NCBI GenBank assembly: GCA_020137815.1
Contig: CM035351.1
Location: 9,114,001-9,178,000, forward strand
Direction of reading: 5' to 3'
From: Hormiphora californensis
Lineage: Eukaryota > Animalia > Ctenophora
DNA: 64,000 bases
Shown: positions 13,401-25,771 of the stretch, piece by piece
How the letters are laid out: each line of letters begins with the position of its first letter
Position numbering within the stretch: position 1 is the first letter of the stretch
Notes under the pieces: model-generated
What the model saw: only the letters and a program-made list of their open reading frames with translations
The model's database searches: none
What the model was told of the DNA's origin: nothing
Program-made: the position numbers and the translations under genes

Positions 13401-16400
13401 TCATCCGATCGTCCTCAGTCATCCGTGTACCCAGATAAATCTCGAATTTTCTAACTGTTTTAATCATAAACTCCCAAATCTGCTATTCTCGAAATCTCGG
13501 AATCACAGTGCAAAAAGTACTCGTCCCATCTCTCCATCTCAGTCACTCAATACTCACACTGCTCCTCCTTTACTCAGCCCCTCGTTCCTCTCTCATTCCC
13601 CTCTCTCCTCGTATCTACAGTCTTGGCATCTCCCTTCCCTCGGTCCCTCTCCATCTCATCTATCTCTCTCATCCCCCCCGCGTTTGAACAATCCGTAGTC
13701 TCTCGCTCCTCCTCATCTCTCCTCTAACCCTCTCTTCCAAACCCTCCAATATCACACTTCCACATTCTCCCTCTCTCGCCCTTCAGCCTCGTTTTCTCCA
13801 TGCGCTTTGTCTCTATCCTTCTTCAATCTGCTTCTAATATGTTTCTGTCTTTTCCTCTTCTTGGGAGTTCGTATTCTCTTTCTTCTTCCTCCTTTCTTCT
13901 TCTTCTTCCTTTTCTCAGGTCTATCTATATGTTTCCTGTTTCTTCTTCCACATTTTTCCTAGTTCTTTTCTCCATCTTTTTTTTTTTTTTTTGTTTTTTT
14001 TTTTTTTCTATTCTATCCTCGTTCTTCGAGTCATATGTTTTCTTATCTTTCTTTCTTCATTTTCTCTCGCATGATTTCGACGTTCCTTTGTTTCTCCCGT
14101 TTTCTTTCTGTTTTCACTTCCTCTTCTCCCCCGTCACTTTCCTTCTAATGTTTCCTCCTCGTCTATCTGCTTTATATTTTTTTCTTCTCGGTTTCTTTTC
14201 TCTCTCCATTCCCTCGTCTTTCCTTCTTCTCATACAGTCCCGGTGTCGAGTTGTTCCGTTCCGATCTCTCTTCATCATTCTCATTCTCACTCTTTCCTCC
14301 TCCCATCATCATCTCTTTTCCTGTCCTTTCTCTCGATCCCAATCACCCAAGTACTCCACCAGTTTCCTATCTCACAGGCCCTCTAACACCTCGTCTAGTC
14401 ATCATTCTCCTTCTTTCTAGTTTCTCTCTTGTCTCTCTCCTCCCTCGTCTTGAACGGTCCCTCCTTTCTTCCTCTCCACCTCCTCCGTGTTGTGTTCTCC
14501 TCTCCTCCTCTCAGTTCTCACTTCCTTCTCTCCGAATTGGTCTCTATGTCTGCCCTATCAAACGCCTCTAACGTCGCCACCATTTTCACTCTTTCTTTCT
14601 TCTCAATTTCGGCTACCTTCGTCTTCTGCCTTCAGAAGTCTTTCTCCTCATCTGTGCGTCTTGTCATCCCTCCATCTAAATGTGCACGTGACGGCCTCGA
14701 CGTACCAGTCTTTCATTCATCCCTCCCTCTTCCGGTGCCTAGATCACTTCATCTCACTCATTCTCTCTAGAATTCTCAATTTCACTTCGTTTCTTCTCCA
14801 TCTCTTCTCGTTCGCTATCATCTACCGTTCGTGTATCGATCGCGTGTCTTGATTCGCTCCTCCTCATCTCTCGTCCCTAAACTCCTAGTCTCGGACTTTC
14901 ATGTTTCCCCCTTTCCCCCTTTACCCCTCCCCCTTTCTCCCCCCCTTTTTTTCTTTTCCCCCCCTTTTCCCCCCCTTTTTTTTTCCCCCCTCCCCCCCCC
15001 CCCCCCTTTTTTCCCTCCCTTCCCTCCCCCCTTTCTCCCTTCCCCCCCCCCCTTTTTCCCCTTTTTCCCCCTCCCCTTTTCCCCCCCCCCCCCCCCCCCC
15101 CCCTTTCCCCCCCCCTTTCCCCCTTTTCCCCCTCCCCCCCCCCCCTCTTTTTTTTCCCCCCCGTCCCTCTTTCTCCCTCCCCTTTTTTTCCCCTTTCCAC
15201 CTTTTTTCCCCCCTTCCCCCTTTTTCCCCCCCTCTTTTCCCCCCCCTTTCCCCCCCCTCCCCCCCCATTCCCCCCTCTTCTCCCTTTCCTCTCTCCGTTT
15301 CCTTTCCCCTCCTTTCCCTTTTCCCTTTCCCTTAAACCCCTTTCTCCTCCTCTTGTTTTTCTTTTTTTCCCTTTCCTTCCCCCTTTTCCCTCCTTCGTCC
15401 CCTTTCTCCTTTTTCCCCCCCCCCTTTTCTCCGCTTCCTCCCTCCGGTTCCCCCCTCTTCCCCTTTTTTTCTCTCCCCTTTCCCTCTCTCTAGGTCTTCA
15501 TCCTCCTTACTCTTCTCCTCCCCCCCTTTCTCTCCTCTCCCTTTCTCTCTCCCTTCTCTCTCCGTCTTCCCTCCCTCTCTTCTCTCCCCCCTTCTCGTCC
15601 CTCCTCTTCATCTCCCTCTCTATTTCTTCGTTTTTTCCTCTTTCTCCCTCTTCCCTTTCTCTTTTCCCCCCTCCCCTCACCTCTTCCTCTCTGGGTCTCC
15701 TCTTCGCCCTCTTTCTCCTTTCTTCCCTCTTCTCTTCCCTTTCTTCTTCCTCTCTTCCTCCTCTCTCTTCCCTCCCTTCCTCTTTCCCTCTTCTCCCTCC
15801 TTCGCTCTTCCCTCTCTCTCTTTCCCCTTTCCCTCTTTCTCGTTTCTCTCCCTCCGGGTTTCTTTCCCTTCTCTCCCTCTCCTCTCTCCTTCTCTCCCCC
15901 TTTTCCCCCGCTCTCTCTCTCCTCCTTTCTTCCTCCTCTCTCTTCCCTTCTCCCCCTCTTCTTCCTCTTCCCTCTCTCCTTCTTCTCTTTTCTCTCTCCT
16001 TCCCCCCTTTCCTTCCTTCCCCTCCTCTCATTTCCTTCTTCTCTTCTCTCCTTCTTCCTTCTTTCTCTCTCTCTCTTTTCCTCTCTCCCCCTCCTCGCCT
16101 CTCTCCCTCTTTCTCCCTTCCCCCTTTTTCCTCCCTCTCTTCCCTCTCCCTCCTCCCCTCTCTCCTTCTCCCTCTTCTTCTCTCTCTCCCTCCCCCCTCT
16201 CTTCTTCTCCTCTTCTCCTCTCTTCCTCTTCCTTCTCTTCCTCCTCTTTCCCCTCGTCCTCCCCCTCCCATCCCTCTCTCTCCTTCTTCTCTCCCCTCTT
16301 CCTCCCGTCTCCTCCCTCCATTTTCTCTTCCTTTTCCCTTCTCTCTTTCTCTTCCTCCCTCTCTCCTTCTCTCTTCTTCCTCTCTTCTCTTCCCTCTCCT

Positions 16401-19400
16401 CTCCCCTTCCTCTCTCCTTCTCTCCCCTTCTTCCCTCTCCTTTCTCGTCCTCTCTTTTCCTACCTCTCTTTCCTCCCCTCTTCCCCCTTTTCCTCCTCCC
16501 CCTCTCTCTCTCCCCCTTTTTTCCTTCCCCTCCTCCCCTCTCTTTCCCCCTTTCCCTCTCCTCTCCCCCCTGTCCCTCGCTTCCCTCTCCTCTTCCCTCT
16601 CTCCCCCTTCTCTCTCTTCCGGTCTCTCTCTCCCCCTCCCCCTTTTCCCCTTTTCCCTTCTTCCCCCTCTCTCCTTCCCCTTCCTCCTTCCTCTCTTCCT
16701 TCTTTTTTTTCTCCTCTTCTCCCTCCTCCCGGTTTGTCCCCTTTCTCTCTTGTCCCCTTCTCTTCTCCCCCTTTCCTTGCTCTTCTCCCCCTTTCCTCCT
16801 CCTTCCACTCCTCCCCCTTTTCCTTTTCCTTCTTTTCTCTCTTTTCTTCTACCTCTTTCACTCTTTTCTTTCGTTTTCCCTTCTGTCTCTCGTCTCTCCT
16901 ATTCCTAACTCTCGCTTCCCTCTTTCCTTTCCTTTTCTCGTTTCTCTCTTCTCCCTCTTTTCCCCTTCTCTTTTCCCTCTCTCTCCCCTCGTCCTTTTCT
17001 CCTCCCTCTTTTCCTTCCTTCTCACTCCACTTCCCTCCCCTTCTCCCTTTCACCCCCTTTCCTCTCCCTTTTCCCTTTCTTTTCCTCTTCTCCCTCCCTA
17101 CCCCTCCTCTCCTCCCCCCCCTTTTCCTACCCCCTTCCTCTCTCTCTTTTAAAATTTATCCCCCTCTTTCCCTTCTCTTTCCTCCTTCCCCTCTCTCTCT
17201 ATCTCTCCCTCCCTTCCTTCCCCCCTTTCCCTCCCCTCTCTTCTCTTTCCCTCTTCCCCTCCCTCCTCCCTCTTCTCCTTCCCCCCCTTCTCTCCCGGGT
17301 CTTCTCTTCTCCTCTCTTTCCCCCCCCCTCTCCTCTTCCCCCTTCCCCCTCTCTTCTCCCTCTCCTCTCCCTGCTCTTCCTTTTCTCTCCTCTCTTCCCC
17401 CTTTTCTTTCTCTTTCCGCCCTCTCCCTTTTTCTTTCCTTTTTGGCTCCTTCTTTCTTCATCTTATGGTTCTTTCTCCTTTTCCCCTTTTCTCTTTTCCT
17501 TTCCTCTTTCTCTCTCTGTCTGCTTTTCTTCCCCCTTTCTTTTTCCTCCCTTTTTTTCCTCCTCTCCTCCCGGTTTCCCCCCTTCTTGTCTCTTCCCCTT
17601 TTCCTCTTTCTCCCTTTTCTCCCCTCTCTCTTCTTCTCGTCTCTCTCTCCTCCCCCCCTTTCCTCCCCTTTCTCCCTTTCTTTTCCTTTCTCTCTTCCCT
17701 TTCTCCTCCCCCTCCCCTCCTTTCCTCCCCTCTTTCCTCTTCTCTTTCCTTTTCCCTTCTTCCGTCCCCCCCTTTTCCTCTTCCCCCCCTCCTCTTCTCT
17801 TTCTCGTTTTCTTTCCCCCCCCCCTCCTTTCCCTGGCTCTCCTCTTTCTGTCTTTCTCCCCCCTCTCCCCCTTTCCTCCCCCTGCCCCCCCCTCCTCTTC
17901 TTCTCCTTTCCCTCCTTCCCTTTGGGTTTTTTCCCAAACCCTCTTCCGTTTTTTCTTTTCTCCTCCCTCCCTTTCCTTGCCCCTCCTCCCTCCCTTCCTT
18001 CTCCGCTGGCCCCCCCCCTTCCCCCCCCCCCCTTTTCCCCCCCATTCCTTTCCCCTCTCTGTCTCCCCTTTTGGCGTCCTCCTTGCTTTCTTTTTTCCCC
18101 CCCTCCCCTTCTAATTTTTCCCCGGGCCCTCCCCTTCTCTTTCCTCTCCTTTGGGGTTCTCTTTTTTCCCCTTTTCTTTCCTCCCCCCCCTTTCTTCCTC
18201 TTTTCCTTTTTCCTCTCTCCTTTTTTTTTCCCCCTTTATTCCCTTTCTTCTTTTTTCCCTTTCTTTTTTTTCCCTTTTCCCCTTCTTTCTTTTCCCCTCT
18301 CTCTTCTCCTTCCTCCCTCCCTCTCCCCCCTTTTTTCCTCTCTCCTCCCCCCTTTTTGCCCTTTCCCTTTCCCCTCTCCCCCTCCCCTCTCCCCCCTCTC
18401 CCCCCCTCTCCTCTCTCCCTCTTTCCCCCCCCCCTTCTCTTTCTTCCTCCCCCCCTTTCCTTTTCCTCTCTCCCTTCTCCGCCCCCTCTTCTTCTTTCCT
18501 TTGTCTGTTTCCTTCTCTCTCCCCTTTTTCCCTTCTTTCTCTCTCCTCCCTCTTCTCCCCTTCTTTTCTCCCTCCTCTCCCCCCCCCCCTTCTCTCCCCC
18601 CCTCCCTCCCCCTTCCCCCCCTTCCCTTCTTCCCTCTCTCCTCTCCCTCCTTCTCCTCTCCCTCTTTTCTTCCCTCTCCCCCCTCCCCTCCCCCCCCCCT
18701 TTCCCCTCCTTTTCTCCTTCTCTCCCCCTCCTTTCCCCCTCTTTCCTCCCTCCCCCCTTTTCTCCCCCCCCCCCCCTCCTCCCCCCTCTTCTTTCTCCCC
18801 CTCTTCTTTTCCCTCCCCCCTCTCTCTCCTCCTTCTCCCTCCTCACTCCTCTTTTTCTTTTCCTCCCCTCCCTTCTCCTCTCCTTTTTCTTCCCCCTCCC
18901 TCTCCCCTTCCTCCTCTCCTCTTTTTCCTCCTCCTTCTCCCTCCTCTTCTTCCTCCTCTCTTCTCTCCTTTCTCTCCCCTTCCCTTTCCTGTCCCGGTTC
19001 TCCTCCTTCCACCCCCTTTGTTTTCTCCCTTCCTTCTTTCTCTCCCTCTTCCTCTCCTTCTCTTCCCCCCCTCTCTCTTTTCTTTCCTTCCCCCTTGTCT
19101 CTCTCTCCTCTCTCTCTTCCTCCCCTCTCTCCCCCCTTTTCCCTTTTCCCTCTCTCTTCCCCTCTCCTCCTTCTCCTTTCCCTCCCTTTTCCCCCTCCCT
19201 TCCCTCCCCCCCCCTCCTTTCCCCGTCTCTCTCTTCTTCCCCTTTGCCTCCCTCCTCCCCCTTCTCCCCTTCTCTCTCCCCCCCCTCTCTCTCCCCTTCT
19301 TCCCTCTTCTCTTCTCCTTCCCCTCTCCCCTTCTTCTCTCCCTCCTTCCCCTCCTTCTCTTTCCTCTCCTCTCTCCCCTTTTGCTCCTCCTCTCCTCTCT

Positions 19401-22400
19401 GCTCTCTTCCTCTTTCTCCCCTCTCCTCTCTCTTTGCGTCTCTCCTCTCTCTTTTTCCTTTTCCTCCCTCCTCTCTCTTCCTCTCTTCCTCTGTTCTTCC
19501 TCTTCTCTCTTCTTCCTCCTCTTCCCCTCTCCCCTCTCTCTTTTCCCCTTCTCTTCTTCTCCCCTCTTCTCCCCTCCCCCTCCCTCTCTCCCTCTCTCTC
19601 TTCTCTCTTCCTTCTCTCCCTCTCCTCTCCTTCTCCTCTTCTCTCTCTCTCGTCCCCCTCTCCCTCTCGCTCTCTCTTCCCTTTCCCTCCCCCTTCCCTG
19701 CTCTCTCTCTTTTCCTTTCCCTCTCTCTCCTCCCTCTCTCTCCTCCTCTCTCTCTCCCCTCCTCTCTTCTTCTCTCCTCCTTCTCTCTCTCCTCCCTTTT
19801 CTCCCTCTCTCTCCTCTCTTCCCTTGTCCCTCGCCCTCTCTTTTCTCTTCTCCCTCCTTCCTCTCTCGCTCGCTCTCTGTCTCCCTCCTCTCTTCTCTCC
19901 CCCCTCTCTCCCTCTTCCTCCCCTCTCCTTTCCTCCCTCCCTCTCCTCTCTCTCTCTCTCCTCGCCTCTCCTCCTCTCTCTTCTCCTTTTTCCTCCCTCT
20001 CTCTTCCCTCTCTCCCCTCTCTTCCTCTTCTTCCTCTCTCTCTCCTCCCCCCTCTCTCCTCCTCCCCTCTCCTCCTCTCTCCCCTTCTTCTCTCCTCCCT
20101 TCCTCCCTTTTCCTCCTCTTTCCCCTCTCCCTCTTCTCTCTCTCCTTCTCCCCTCTCTCCTTCTCTCCTCCTTCCTCTCTCTCCCTTCCTCTCCTCTCTC
20201 TCTCTCTTCTCCCCTTCTCTTCCCCCCTTCTCTCCCTCTTCCCTCTCTCTCCTCTTTTCCTCTCCCCCTTCCCTCGTTTTTCCCTCTCTCTCTCCCCTCT
20301 CTCCTCCCCTCTCCCCCTTCCTCCTCTCCTCCTTCTTCCCCCTCCTGTCTTCCCCTTTCCTCCTCTCCTCTCTCTCTTCTCTCTCCTTTTCCCTCTCCGT
20401 CCCCCTCTCTCTTCTTCCTCTCCCCTTTCTCCTCTCTCTCTTCCCCTTTCTCCCTTTCCTCTTCCTCCCCTTCTCTCTCTCTCTCCCCCTTTCTCCCCCT
20501 CTCTCTCCCTTCTCCTCCGTCCTCCCCCTCCCTCCCCTCTCTCCTCTCCCTTTCCTCTCCCCCCTTTCCTCCCTGTCTCTCTCTCCTCTCTTCTCTCTCT
20601 CCCCTTCTCTCCTCTTCTCTCCCTGTCCTCTCTTCTCTCTGCTCTCCTCCGTCCTCTCCTCTGTTCTCTCTCTCTCTGTCCTCTCTCTCTTCCTCTTCTG
20701 TCTCTCTCTCCTCTTTCTCTCTCCTCTCTCTTCTCTCTCTCTCCTCCTTCCTCTCCCTCCTTCTCTCTCTCTCTCTCCTCTGCTGTCTCCCTTCCTCTCT
20801 CCTTCCTCCTCTCCCTGTCTCTCTCTCCCCTCTTCTCTCCTTCTCCTGTCTCTCTCCCTTCTCTCCCTCTCCCCTCCTCTGTCTCCTTCTTCCTCTGTCT
20901 CCCTCCCCTCTCTCCTCCTTCTCTCCCCTTCTCCCTTCTCTCCTCTCTCTCCTTCTCTGTCTTCTCTCTCTCTCCTCCCCTCCCTCCTCTTCTCTCGCTC
21001 TTCTCTCTCCCTCTCTCTGTCTCTCTCCTGTCCTCTCTCTTCCTGTCTCTCTCTCTCCTTTCTCTTCTCTCTCTCCGTCTCTCCTTCTCTCCCTCTCTTC
21101 CTCTCTCTCTCCTCTCCTCTCTCTCTTCCCTCTCTTCTGTCTCCTCCTCTCCCTTCCCCTCTCGTCTCTTCTCTCCCTCCTCTCTCTACTCTCTCTCTTG
21201 TCCTCTCCTGCTCCTCCCTTCTCTCGTCCTCTTCTGCTCTCTCGTTCTCTCTCCTCTCCCTCCTCGTCTTCGCTCTCCCTCCTTCCTTCCTCTCTCGTCT
21301 CCTGCCCTCCTCTTCCTCCCTCCTCCCTCTCTTCTTCTCTCCCTCCTCTCCTCTCTCCTGCCCTTCTCCCTTTTCTCTCTCTTCTTCTTCTCCCCCCTTC
21401 CTCTCTCTCTTCTCCTCTCTCCTCTCTCCTCTCTCTGTCTCTCTCGTCTCCTCTCTCTCCTCCCCTTTCTCTCTCCCTCTTCTCCTCTCTCTCTCTCCTC
21501 CTGGGCCTCTCCTCCTTCTCTCTCTTCTCCTTTCCTCTCCTCTCTGCTCTCTCTCTCTCTCCTCTCCGCTCTTCCTTCCTCTCCTGGTCCTCCTCGCCTC
21601 TTCTCTCCTCTTCCTCTCTCCTCTCTCGTCTCTCTCTCCTCTCTCTCTCTGCCCTCCTCTTCTCCTCTCTCTCTGTCTCTCTCTCCTCCTCTCTCTCTCC
21701 CTCTCTGTCCTTCTCTCTCTCTGTCTCTCTCTCCTCCTCCTCTTCCCTCTCTCTCTCTCTCTTCTCTCCTCTCCTCTCTGCCTCTCTCCCTCTCTCTCTC
21801 TCCTCTGCCTTCTCTTCTTCCTCTCCCTCCTCTCTCTCTCTCTCTCTCTCTCCTCTCTCCTGTCTTCTCCTCTCTCTCCTCTCTCCCTCTCTGGTCTCTT
21901 CTGTCTCTTCTCCTCCTCCTCTCTCCCTCTCTCTGTCTCTCTCCTTCCCTCGCCCTCTCTCCTTCTCTCTCTCTCTCTCTTCTTCTCCCCTTTCTCTCTC
22001 CTCTCTCTTTCTCTCTCGTCTCCTCTCTTCTCTCTCCCCCCTCCCCTCTCTCTCCTCTCTGTCTCTCTCTCCCTTCCCTCTCTCTGTCCTCCTTCCTCTC
22101 TCTCTCTCTCTCCTCTCCCCTCTCTCTCCTTCTCTCTCTGTCCTCTCTCCTCGCTCTCTCTTCCTCTCTGTCCTCTCCTCTGTCCTTCTCTCCTCCCTCT
22201 CTCTCCTCCTTCTCTCCCCCTTTCCTTTCCCCTTCCTCTTCTCCTCCCCTTTTTTCCCTTCTTTTCCTCTTTTTTCCCCCTTCTCCTCCCCTCTTTCTCT
22301 TTTCTCTTCTCGTCTCTTCTCTCCCCCCCTTTTTCTCCCCCTTTTCCCCTTTTCCCTTTTTTCCCCTTCTCTCTCCCTCCCCTCCTCTCTTTCTCTTTTT

Positions 22401-25400
22401 CCCCCCTTTTTCCCCCCTTCCTGTCTCCCTCTCCCTTCTCTTCTCCTCTCTTCCGTCTCTTTTTCTCCTCTCTCCCTCTCTTTCCCTTCCTCTTCCTCTC
22501 TCTCTTCCTCTCCCTTTCCTCCTCTTTCTCTTCTCTCCCCTCCTCTCCCTCTTCTTCTCTCTTCTTTCTCTCTTCTCTCTCTCTCCTCCTCTCTCTCCTT
22601 CCCCCTTCTCCCTTTCTCTCTCCCCTCCCTTTTCCCTCTCTCTCTCTGTCTCTCTCCTCTTCCCCCCCCCCTTTCCCTCCTCTCCCCCCCCTTCCTCTCT
22701 CCTGTCTTCCGTCTCCCTTCTCTTCTCTCTCTCTCTCTTCTCTCTCTCCTCCTGTCTCTTCTCTTCTCCTCTTCTCCTTTTCTGTCTCCTCTCTTCCTTC
22801 CTCTCCCTTCCTTCCCCTTTCTCTTTCCCTTCTCTCTTCTCTCTTCTCTCCTCTTTTCCTCTCTTCTCTCTCTCTCTCTCTTCTCTGTCTCCTCCGGTCT
22901 CTCCTCTCCTCGTCTCCTTCTCCCCCTTCTCCCCCCTTCTCCCTCCCCTCTCTTCTCCTTCTCTCTGTCCTCCGCCTCTCTTCCTTCTCTCTCTTCTCTC
23001 TCTCTTCTCCCCTTCCTCTCTCTCCCCCTTTCTCCCCCTTCTCTTCCCTTCTCCTTCTTTTCCCCCCTTCCCCCCTTCCCTTCTCTTCCTCCTTCTTCTC
23101 CCTCCTCCTTCTCTCTCGGTCCCTTTCTCCCCTCTCGTCTTCTCCCTCTCTCCCCCTCTCCTTTTCCTCTCCTCCTCTGTTTTTCTCTCTTTTCTCTCTC
23201 CTTCCCCTCTCTCTCTCCTGTCCTCTCTTCCTTCTTCTCCTTCTTCTCTCCCTCCTCTCTTTTCTTTTCTCCTCCCCCCTTCTTTCCCCCTCCTCCTCTC
23301 TTCCCTCCTCCTCTCTTCTTCCTTCTCTCTCTCTCTTCTTCTTCTCTCTTTTCCTCTCCTTCTCTCCTCTTCCCTTTTCCTTCTGTTCTCTCTCCTCTCT
23401 TCTCTCTCTTCCCCCTCTCTCTCTTCGCTCCTCTCTTCCTCTTCTCTCCTCCTCCCCTTCTCTCTTCCTCTCTTCCTCCTCTCTCTCCCTCTCTCTCCTT
23501 CCCTTTCTCCCTTTTCTCTCCTCTCTTTCTCTTCTCTGTTCTCTTCTCTCTCCCTCTCCTCCCCTTTCTCTCTCTCTCTCTCTGTCTCCCCCCTTCTCTC
23601 TTCTTCCCCTCTTTCTCTCTCTCCTCTTTCTCTCTCCTTGCCCCTTCTCCTGTCTCTCTCTCTCTCTTTCCCTCTCCTCTCTTCCCTCTCCTCTTCCGTT
23701 CTCCCTCTCTTCCTTCTCCTTCTCCTCCTCTCCCTTCCCTTTCTTTCTTCTTCCTTCTGTTCTCCTTCCTCCTCCCCCTTTTCCTCTTTCCTCTCTTCTC
23801 CTTCCTTCTCTCCCTCTCCTCCCCCCCCCCCTTCCCCTCTTTTCCCCCTTTCCCCCCCTTTCCCCCCCTCCTTCTCCTCCTCCCCCTTTCCTCTCTCCTT
23901 CTTCCCTCTTTTTCTCCTCTCTTCTCTCCTTCTCCCCTTTTCCCTTCCCCTCTCTCCCCCTCTCCCCCCTCTCCTCTCCTTCCTCTCTCCTTTCCCTTCT
24001 CTCTCCTCTTCTCCCTCTCCCCCTTTCTCCTGTCTTTTCTCTCTCTTCTCTTCTTCTCCTCCCCCCTCTCCTCTTTTTTTTCCCCCTCCCTTCTCTTTTC
24101 CCTCTTTTTTTCCCTCTTTTCTCTCTTTCTCTGTCTCCCTCCTCTCCCTTTTTTTCCCTTTTCCCCCCCCCCCCTCTCCTCCTCCTTTCCTCCCCTCCCC
24201 CTTTTCTCCTTCTCTCCCTCTCTCCCCTTTTCCCCCCCCCGCTTCCCTCTCTCTTCCCCCTTTTCCTCCCCCTCCTTCTTCTCTCTCTCTCTCCCCTGTC
24301 TTTTCCTCCCTCTTCCCTTCCTCCCCTTTTCCTTTTTCCCCCTTCCCTCCTTTTCCCCTTTCTCTCTCNNNNNNNNNNNNNNNNNNNNNNNNNNNNNNNN
24401 NNNNNNNNNNNNNNNNNNNNNNNNNNNNNNNNNNNNNNNNNNNNNNNNNNNNNNNNNNNNNNNNNNNNCTACAGAGCTACCTGTTTGTTGGGACTGGTGT
24501 ATCCGTATCAAAAGTGATAATATCCCGATGTTTGAGGATCCAGACTCTCAGTCAGATCTGTTGTTACGCATCTCGGGATCCATACTGTGGATGGTGCCCC
24601 TCAGGCGATATTTGTACCAGCCGCTCCTCCTGCGGGTAAGCTGTGTGAGAGGGGATTTAGACAAAGAGGGGGTGAGAGATAGGTAGGAGACTAGTTTAAT
24701 AGAAAGACCGCTGATCTTGATTGAGAATGAAACATAGATGTTAGGAGAGGAAAATATTTGGGCAATTTGGCAGTTAACAGATCACCTCATAGTCAGCAGG
24801 GCAGTTATATAGAATATAGAATAGTACACGTCCCCTCGATAGCCATTTTATCATTTCTCTCCCTCTCGCTCTTTCTCTATCTCTCTCTCTTCTCTCTCTC
24901 TCTCTCCGTTCTCACACAAACTTTCTCGCTGTTGGTTTGTCCGTTTTGTCACTGTTAGGAAAACCAAACACAATTCGGTTAAAAGTTCTGTATAAACGAT
25001 CGGGTTGAATTGTACCGATTGGAGTGTCCCAACAGTGCCTGTATGCATGGTTTGTTGAGTGTGCATGATTTTCAAGTATTTTACACAACACAGGGCTACA
25101 GGGGATGGTTTTCTTTTTGCGACGAGTCCTGAGAACCAGTGAGTATCGCGCCCCCCGTCGATAACATATTGCTAACGAGCCAAGAGATAGAGATAGAGTG
25201 AGAGACAGAGGGACATAGAGACAGAGACAGAGAGAGGGAGAGTGGAGAAATGCAAATTGTGCAAAATCGTTCCGCAATCAAGTCGCTTTTGCCCGCCCTC
25301 CGAATAAAATCAAATCGTACCCCGCACTCCCCTTATTGAACTCTCCTTTAAGCTATAAATATCAATTGTATGTAAAAATGATCGTTCGTGGCTGCAAAAT

Positions 25401-25727
25401 ACAATGTTAGCGTGAAAATAGCGCTGCAAAGTGCTTTGCCAGTTTGCAATATTATTAACGTTTCACCCCTCATTTCAGGTCAACTGGATACCTGCTATAT
25501 CTGCAGATGTTACTGATTCGTGCCCTGGTAAGAGAGTTTTACGTGTACCCCCCCCCCCCAACTTTACCCCAATCCTGAGCGCCCTTCCGAAAAAAAAAAA
25601 AAAAAAAAAAAACCCATATTTTGTTTTATGATTCAGCATCTTTTTCTTTCTCCTTTCTCTCGGTTTTCATTTTTCTCTAAAAATATGAGTGTGTTCCGCT
25701 GCACACACACACACCCCAAACCCCACA

Positions 25728-25771
<44 letters not shown>

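Noticed and set aside
14831-24686. Giant ORFs of 2,000-2,650 aa (Ser/Leu/Pro/Phe on +, Arg/Glu/Gly/Lys on -)
   Set aside because: Open in nearly all frames only because A-free sequence cannot form stop codons; they also read through the N gap.
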